A stretch of DNA of 64,000 bases from Terriglobales bacterium (GTDB taxonomy: Bacteria; Acidobacteriota; Terriglobia; Terriglobales; Acidobacteriaceae), in contig JBBQWT010000004.1 in NCBI GenBank assembly GCA_038210375.1, positions 101,343 to 165,342 of the forward strand, given 5' to 3'. Shown here in pieces: positions 58,831-64,000 of the stretch. The notes below the pieces were generated by a model. That model saw only the letters and a list, made by a program, of their open reading frames with translations. It ran no database searches and was not told the DNA's origin. Within the stretch, counting starts at the first letter, position 1, and every line of letters begins with the position of its first letter. The position numbers were made by a program, and so were the translations under genes.

Positions 58831-58883
58831 CCTCCCAAGCTGTAGGTCGGGAGTTCGAATCCCCCCCGGGCGCACCAAACTTT
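58831..58883 (+). repeat. attR-like duplicate of the 3' half of tRNA-Arg (anticodon loop to CCA plus 7 nt)
   Basis: CCTCCCAAGCTGTAGGTCGGGAGTTCGAATCCCCCCCGGGCGCACCAAACTTT compared with 52673-52725. No 5' half is present, so this is not a tRNA gene. Confidence 0.9.
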
Positions 58884-59034
58884 CAAAGAGTTTTGCCGCG
58901 TTTTCCCTTTTCAAATCGCTTACGAAATCTTTGTTATTGACGATGAGGCAGCAGCCAGACGCTCCCGAATTTCAAAGTTCGGGTATCAGATTAACGCCAG
59001 TTTTCCTCGGTGTAACGCCCCTATCATCTGCGCC

Positions 59035-61962
59035 CTAATGCCCAGACGACCCCTTCGCCAGATCCACTTTGCGAAGCGTCTGGTCGGCGGTGACCAGTAG
59101 CATTTGCCTGCCATCGGCGCTGAATTCGGCGATCCGTGCCGGCTTAGGCAGCGAGTAATGGTGTAGGGGCTGCGCCGTCACCACATCGTAGACCGAGATT
59201 TCTCCCGGCCGGTTCGCCACCGCCATCAGCTCGGCTTGCGGCGCAATCCCCATGTAATGGCCAAAGATTCTCCCGGTCTGCCGCTGGGTTTCCAGCGAAT
59301 AAATCAAGATTCGGTTTTCGGAGTCGTTGATGACCAGGTGTTTGGCCGTTACCGCGACCTGGCGGATGCTGAACGAGCCCTTGCCCGAATCCACCAGCAT
59401 GCTCGCAATCTCTTTTCCCGTCCGCCCCTTCACGGCCTGCAGCAGATAGATCGAGCTCTTGTCGCCCAATGCGGCAAGCTGTTTCTGCAGGTCTGGTCTT
59501 TTCCGTATCTCGGCCTTGGCGCTGAGCTGGTTGGCTCGCCATACCAGTACAATCGCATCCGCCGCCGTGTCAAAGTGCCGGTCGGGATCGTCCCCGTTGA
59601 AGATTCGGCTCCATAGCAATTTGTCGGAGGTCACGTCGCGGACCTCCAGCTCGGTGTCATGGGAGCGGCCGCTTAACAGCAGTTCGCGCAGGCGGTTGCC
59701 GGATTCCGTATCGATCACCACGTTTTTCTCCGCCGACATATCCAGATCGGGGAGTTCATTTTTCAGAATCTTGTCCATGCTTCCCTGGTATTTCGTGGTC
59801 AGCAGAAGCTCTCCCATCTGGGCATCTTCGTGGTCGTTGGAAAATTGCTTGCGGACCGATACGCGCGGCTGGGTTTCCAGCGTGACTCGGGCGATTGCAT
59901 GGGCGTTGGTTTTGTATTTGGGCACATCAGCATAGAAACTGCCGTCGGTGGCGAAGAAGCCGCCCCGGAAATCCCGCATCAACGCCAGCAGTTTCCCCGT
60001 CTCCGCGTTCCAGATCCCGCTCCGGCTCTTGCCCGAAATCGCGATCCACTTCCAGTCCGAACTGACCGCCACCGTTCGAATCGATCCCAGGTTGCCCGTC
60101 GGCAGTCCCAAGGCCTCAAAAGGGCTGCCCGGCTTTGTAGTGTCCGCGGTGAACACTACTTGCCCGGCGCGCGATTCTGACACCGCCATCTGGTCGTAAA
60201 CATCGACCGCCTTGGTGTCGGCCGCGATATTGATCCTTTTCCTGGTTAAATCAAAAATCCCCGCTGCATAATCCTTGATGGGACGGACGATCGCATAGTC
60301 CCCGTGGCTCACCGCCGTCACCGACCCGGCGAGCGTTGCCGGCGACAGCAGGTGGCCAGAAGGAAAGGCGACGATACCCGCTCGGCCCGCATGGGTGGCG
60401 CTTATGGCCACCATGCGGTCCGGACTCAGGAAGCTGAAGCTCCCCGCCAGGTATTCGCGTAAGGCCGGCGGGATCGCCAGAACCGAGCCCGATTGCAGGC
60501 CATAGCCCGCCGACTCCTCGCCGTGGCCCATCACGAAGTAGCGCGAGTCTGGGGTAAAGGACATGTTAAACAACGGCGCCCCGGGTTGGTGCTGGAATGC
60601 CATATACACCAGAAAAGCCTCCAGACCAATTCGCAAGTGGGGGAAGTCATCGCGGGTATAGAGCGTCTTGCCGGTGCTTACGTCTATCAGCACCAACGCG
60701 GTGCTTAACCCAAAGTCGCCGCCGGTTCTTTGCTCCAGGCAAGCCATCGTCTTGCCATCAGGCGAGAGCGCGCTCTGTAGACACGGGGTACGCAAGGCGA
60801 TTTCGTGGGAAGCCACACGCGCTTTGCTTTCCCGATCCCATTCTTCGACACGCAGGCTGGGATCATAAAAGATGAGCCGCTTGGAATCGGCGCTGAACTG
60901 TGCGGGATACGCGTCCGGTGCGTCCACCGAAAATAAAACTGCTAGCGGAGATCGTGACAGCACGAAGATGGTCGCATCATCCTGCGCGACTATGAAGTTT
61001 CCATCCGGACTGAACCGCAGGTATTCGATTCCGTTGCGCAATGGCGGGCTGAGCAACTTGCCGGGCGGCAAACCGGCATCGGCGGTGGCTGCAAATTGGC
61101 CGGCGGAGTAGGCAATCACCGCCGCCTGCCATGGGGGAAATTTCCCCTCCTTCATCGGCGGGGCGCCGAAACAATGGGGCGGGAGGGCCGACCCGATTTT
61201 CAAAATAAATCTCAGCCGCCTGGATTCTGGCTTGGTGGTTCCAAAAAAGTCACTCAGGGCGCTGCCGGTCTTTCCCTGGTTTTCAGTGAAGCGGTCCCAG
61301 AACTCGCTGAATGCCTGCGTCCGGTATCCCGCCTTCGCCAGCGCATAGATCGCGACCTCGTCGGCCGCTTGCTGCCCCCGGTCTTCCTGGCGTTCGTTGT
61401 TCATCGTGGCCTGGCGTTTGCGGCCTGCATTTTCGATGAAGCGGTTGTATTTTTCGAATATGTCGGCGCGATCGCCTACCGTGTTGACCCCCAGAATCGC
61501 GTGGAACAGCCGCGTCAACTCGATGGCCTGCTGATGGGTGAAGGAATGTCCCAGTTCGTGCGCCATGACCCCGGCCACTTCGTCTTCCGTTCGTGCCGCG
61601 GCAATGAGTTTTCTTGATAGGTAAATTCTTCCCCCCGGAGCGCTGAAGGCGTTCACCGATGGCGTGTCGATCAACCGGAATTGATAATGCATCTTCGTGG
61701 GAGGAAGGTTCCGCAATAAACGCTCTCCAATTTGTCCCAGGTACTCGTTTAGCGACTCGTCTTTCACCACGGAGAATGTGCTTTCCAGGTGCTCCGCCCA
61801 CGCTTCCCCCAGGTACTGTTCCTGTTGGTCGCTGAAGATGTTGGCTGCTCTCGATGCCTGCGCGATGGGCGGCACTTCGCAAGCGGGCTGCGCCGCCGAC
61901 AACGCTGCCGCCGTCAATATCCACGCCAACAGCCCAACAGACAGCAGCAGCTTTCCCATCAT
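59035..61962 (-). CDS. Secreted M48-family (HtpX/Ste24-like) metallopeptidase fused to a long WD40/PD40-like beta-propeller region
   Basis: Signal MMGKLLLSVGLLAWILTAAALSAAQP. HELGHSF zinc motif in the first ~250 aa. About 700 aa follow with recurring FSPDG/LSPDG/FTPDS/FSADG strands. Confidence 0.8.
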   Translation of the reverse strand: MMGKLLLSVGLLAWILTAAALSAAQPACEVPPIAQASRAANIFSDQQEQYLGEAWAEHLESTFSVVKDESLNEYLGQIGERLLRNLPPTKMHYQFRLIDTPSVNAFSAPGGRIYLSRKLIAAARTEDEVAGVMAHELGHSFTHQQAIELTRLFHAILGVNTVGDRADIFEKYNRFIENAGRKRQATMNNERQEDRGQQAADEVAIYALAKAGYRTQAFSEFWDRFTENQGKTGSALSDFFGTTKPESRRLRFILKIGSALPPHCFGAPPMKEGKFPPWQAAVIAYSAGQFAATADAGLPPGKLLSPPLRNGIEYLRFSPDGNFIVAQDDATIFVLSRSPLAVLFSVDAPDAYPAQFSADSKRLIFYDPSLRVEEWDRESKARVASHEIALRTPCLQSALSPDGKTMACLEQRTGGDFGLSTALVLIDVSTGKTLYTRDDFPHLRIGLEAFLVYMAFQHQPGAPLFNMSFTPDSRYFVMGHGEESAGYGLQSGSVLAIPPALREYLAGSFSFLSPDRMVAISATHAGRAGIVAFPSGHLLSPATLAGSVTAVSHGDYAIVRPIKDYAAGIFDLTRKRINIAADTKAVDVYDQMAVSESRAGQVVFTADTTKPGSPFEALGLPTGNLGSIRTVAVSSDWKWIAISGKSRSGIWNAETGKLLALMRDFRGGFFATDGSFYADVPKYKTNAHAIARVTLETQPRVSVRKQFSNDHEDAQMGELLLTTKYQGSMDKILKNELPDLDMSAEKNVVIDTESGNRLRELLLSGRSHDTELEVRDVTSDKLLWSRIFNGDDPDRHFDTAADAIVLVWRANQLSAKAEIRKRPDLQKQLAALGDKSSIYLLQAVKGRTGKEIASMLVDSGKGSFSIRQVAVTAKHLVINDSENRILIYSLETQRQTGRIFGHYMGIAPQAELMAVANRPGEISVYDVVTAQPLHHYSLPKPARIAEFSADGRQMLLVTADQTLRKVDLAKGSSGH

Positions 61963-62188
61963 CGCGGCGCCCTCGGCTCACCGCAGTATATCCCCGATTC
62001 AAGGCGACGCCACACAGCACCCCTCCATCGGGATTTGTGGCTCATCAACCAAATAAGCAGGTCCTTACCCGCCGTAAATTTCTCGGAGACGAGTTGAACT
62101 CGCCCGCCGGACTTTTTGCTCCCGCGTGGCCGTCGGTTTGCTAAGTTGCAACGAGTGTTAGTGCTAAGCTGATTGAAGTGGTGCCCAC

Positions 62189-62680
62189 ATGAGCAAGAAA
62201 CCCTTATTGCTCCTGACCATGTTCGGGGCCCTGGGAATCGCTTCATTACACGCGCAAGAAATTCCATGCGGCGAAGCAAGGGTCGAATATGAAAAGACAC
62301 CCCAGAGCCTGAACCAACATATTCGCATTTATAGGAGACTGCCTTCTAATTTGATTTTCAAGCAGGGCGACCGCGAATTCAGTGCTCAAGGCACAAGATG
62401 GTTAATCGTTAAAAAGCCCGATTACCTGAAGACTGGCCCGTGGAGTACGACGCTATACATAGGGGCCCGTGGTGAAAATCGGCCCTTTCTGGAACTGTCT
62501 TTCCGAGACCATGGCAACACTTTCACTGCGAGCTGGTTAAACGAGAAATTGCTTTATATTTCCGTGTGGTGGGGCCGAATCGCGTCCAGCGAGTTGATTC
62601 TGAACATTGAGAAGCGAATATTTATCTATAACGAAACGGCGAATTATGGCCAGGTCACTTCTTGCAAAGAATCGAAGTAG
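62189..62680 (+). CDS. Hypothetical secreted protein (163 aa), lower GC than the surroundings
   Basis: Signal peptide MSKKPLLLLTMFGALGIASLHAQ. No recognised motif. Confidence 0.5.
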   Translation: MSKKPLLLLTMFGALGIASLHAQEIPCGEARVEYEKTPQSLNQHIRIYRRLPSNLIFKQGDREFSAQGTRWLIVKKPDYLKTGPWSTTLYIGARGENRPFLELSFRDHGNTFTASWLNEKLLYISVWWGRIASSELILNIEKRIFIYNETANYGQVTSCKESK

Positions 62681-63039
62681 CGACCTCGCGGTTCAGTGAC
62701 TTAGGCGGAGTGCCGGTGGTCTTGGGTTCAACTTGTGTTCAATTCGCTCCGCCCTTTGGCCTTTGCTCTGCGGAATGTCGGAGCATCCTGGTGAGAGTGA
62801 TGCGGACCCAGCGAGTTCGCCTGTCAGATCGCCCTGCCGGGCGCTCCGACGGGGTCGAAAACTGTCGGAAACTCACCTTGAAAGTGTTACAGAACAAGGG
62901 AACCGATCATCGAGCCAACTCGTCGTATGATGCGGTGAACGGCAACACGGGGCAGGTCAAACCCATACGTACTCTATAATCCTCGTTCGGAAGCCTGGCT
63001 ATTTCCAAAATTTAGTTGGATTCGAGAAGATTCGGGGAC

Positions 63040-64000
63040 ATGTCCGAGCAAGCCCACAACACCATCGTTCCGGATCTCAACGATAGCAGGCTGAACATCG
63101 CCGGAGAGGTCCGTAGCAAAGAAGCCTTGTTGAAGACTGGGGCACTGCAAAGCGCCATCTTTAACAGCGCCAACTTCTCCAGTATTGCCACCGACGAGCG
63201 TGGCGTCATCCAGATATTCAACGTCGGCGCGGAGCGGATGCTGGGCTATGCGGCGGCGGACGTGATGAACAAGATTACCCCCGCCGATATTTCCGATCCT
63301 CAGGAAGTCATCGCTCGCGCAAAGGCCTTAAGCCTTGAATTAGCGACCCCCATCACCCCAGGCTTTGAGGCCCTCGTCTTCAAAGCTTCGCGGGGTATAG
63401 AAGACATTTACGAGTTGACCTATATCCGCAAGGATGGCAGCCGCCTTCCCGCCATCGTGTCGGTGACGGCACTGCGTGACGAGCGCGGCGGGATCATCGG
63501 CTACCTGCTCATTGGAACCGACAATAGCGCCCGCAAGCGCGCGGAGGAGGCCTTGCTAAAAGCCGGGGCGCTGCAGAGCGCTATTTTTAACAGCGCCAAC
63601 TTCTCCAGCATCGCCACCGACGAGCGGGGCGTCATTCAAATCTTTAACGTCGGCGCCGAGCGGATGCTGGGCTATGCAGCTGCGGACGTCATGAACAAGA
63701 TCACTCCTGCGGATATCTCCGACCCCCAGGAGGTGATCGCTCGCGCCAAGACTTTGAGTCTCGAACTGGCAACGCCGATAACGCCGGGCTTTGAGGCATT
63801 GGTGTTCAAAGCCTCGCGTGGGATCGAAGACATATACGAGCTGACCTACATCCGCAAGGACGGCAGCCGCTTTCCCGCCATGGTATCAGTGACCGCGTTA
63901 CGAGACGAAAAGGGAGGAATCATCGGGTACTTGTTGATCGGGACCGACAACACCGCGCGCAAGCAGGTGGAAGCGGAGCAAAAGAAACTGGACCAACGGC
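63040..64000 (+). CDS. PAS-domain sensor protein, N-terminal part (runs off the right edge), with two tandem PAS modules
   Basis: Not in the ORF track because no stop falls inside the window. ATG at 63040, and the frame stays open to 64000. Each module reads GALQSAIFNSANFSSIATDERGVIQIFNVGAERMLGY...YELTYIRKDGSR.PA.VSVTALRDE.GGIIGYLLIGTDN. Confidence 0.85.
   Translation, partial: MSEQAHNTIVPDLNDSRLNIAGEVRSKEALLKTGALQSAIFNSANFSSIATDERGVIQIFNVGAERMLGYAAADVMNKITPADISDPQEVIARAKALSLELATPITPGFEALVFKASRGIEDIYELTYIRKDGSRLPAIVSVTALRDERGGIIGYLLIGTDNSARKRAEEALLKAGALQSAIFNSANFSSIATDERGVIQIFNVGAERMLGYAAADVMNKITPADISDPQEVIARAKTLSLELATPITPGFEALVFKASRGIEDIYELTYIRKDGSRFPAMVSVTALRDEKGGIIGYLLIGTDNTARKQVEAEQKKLDQR
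63121..63972 (+). repeat. Tandem duplication, 2 x 426 bp (142 codons), inside the PAS gene
   Basis: 63121-63546 and 63547-63972 align codon for codon. About 9 of 142 amino acids differ, while many third-position differences are visible. Confidence 0.9.

Larger units (their letters stand above)
52673..58883 (+). mobile_element. Integrated genomic island (~6.2 kb) at the 3' half of tRNA-Arg, bounded by 53-nt direct repeats; probably immobilised
   Basis: 52673-52725 and 58831-58883 are direct repeats with 1 substitution and 2 single-nt indels. An integrase remnant lies next to the tRNA. The first ~800 bp are visibly AT-richer than the flanks. Confidence 0.8.

Noticed and set aside
58831-58883. 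Possible second tRNA gene
   Set aside because: Only the 3' half, from the anticodon loop to CCA, is present. The upstream sequence cannot form the acceptor or D arms.
58711-58914. 67-aa minus-strand ORF, and the similar ORF at 52653-52838
   Set aside because: Both simply translate the tRNA-Arg sequence or its attR duplicate (shared ...GIRTPDL / ...GDSNSRPT-type peptides).
62662-62979. 105-aa and 65-aa ORFs in the spacer before the PAS gene
   Set aside because: They have no SD, no motif and odd composition, and they overlap each other.
1-64000. Sigma-54 promoters (TGGCAC-N5-TTGCW), given that rpoN is present
   Set aside because: The TGGCA-containing sites I spotted (for example near 42889, 53817 and 41505) lack a correctly spaced TTGC. 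A position-weight-matrix scan would be needed.

Overview
GC-rich bacterial chromosomal window. An Acidobacteriota-like origin is likely but is only an inference, based on Ser/Thr kinases with TolB-like or TPR sensor domains, an ECF sigma cluster, a secreted TldD/PmbA pair and GTCATTCCGAGCG-type palindromic repeats. Most of the window is housekeeping. On the minus strand rpoZ-gmk-yicC-like-msbA-like diverges from a plus-strand lptC/A-like-lptB-rpoN-hpf cluster. Other core genes are P5C dehydrogenase, priA, glgC, a methylmalonyl-CoA mutase catalytic subunit, gcvT-gcvH-gcvPA-gcvPB, trpD, and M50 protease-trpS-scpA-scpB-rluB. The unusual content is: (1) an 1178-aa fusion of a GH18-like domain, a CE4 deacetylase and a processive GT2, with a divergent GT-C glycosyltransferase; (2) a translationally coupled MoaD/ThiS-like GG protein and a cytoplasmic BNR/Asp-box propeller; (3) a five-gene cluster of ECF sigma, anti-sigma, B-box Zn-finger membrane protein, LiaF-TM-type protein and DUF4097 protein; (4) a Met-rich CopB-like outer-membrane protein flanked by a small secreted protein and an untracked 56-aa, 10-Cys ORF; (5) a signal-peptide-bearing TldD/PmbA pair; (6) a ~6.2 kb island at tRNA-Arg(CCG), bounded by a 53-nt direct repeat and carrying a decayed integrase; (7) a ~345-bp nested-palindrome MITE-like element in two inverted copies, plus a third, different palindromic element; (8) a tandemly duplicated PAS module at the right edge. 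I saw no CRISPR array, rRNA or intact transposase. Many long ORFs in the track are antisense or out-of-frame shadows of real genes. Several track ORFs also over-extend the true N-terminus, so I give revised starts.
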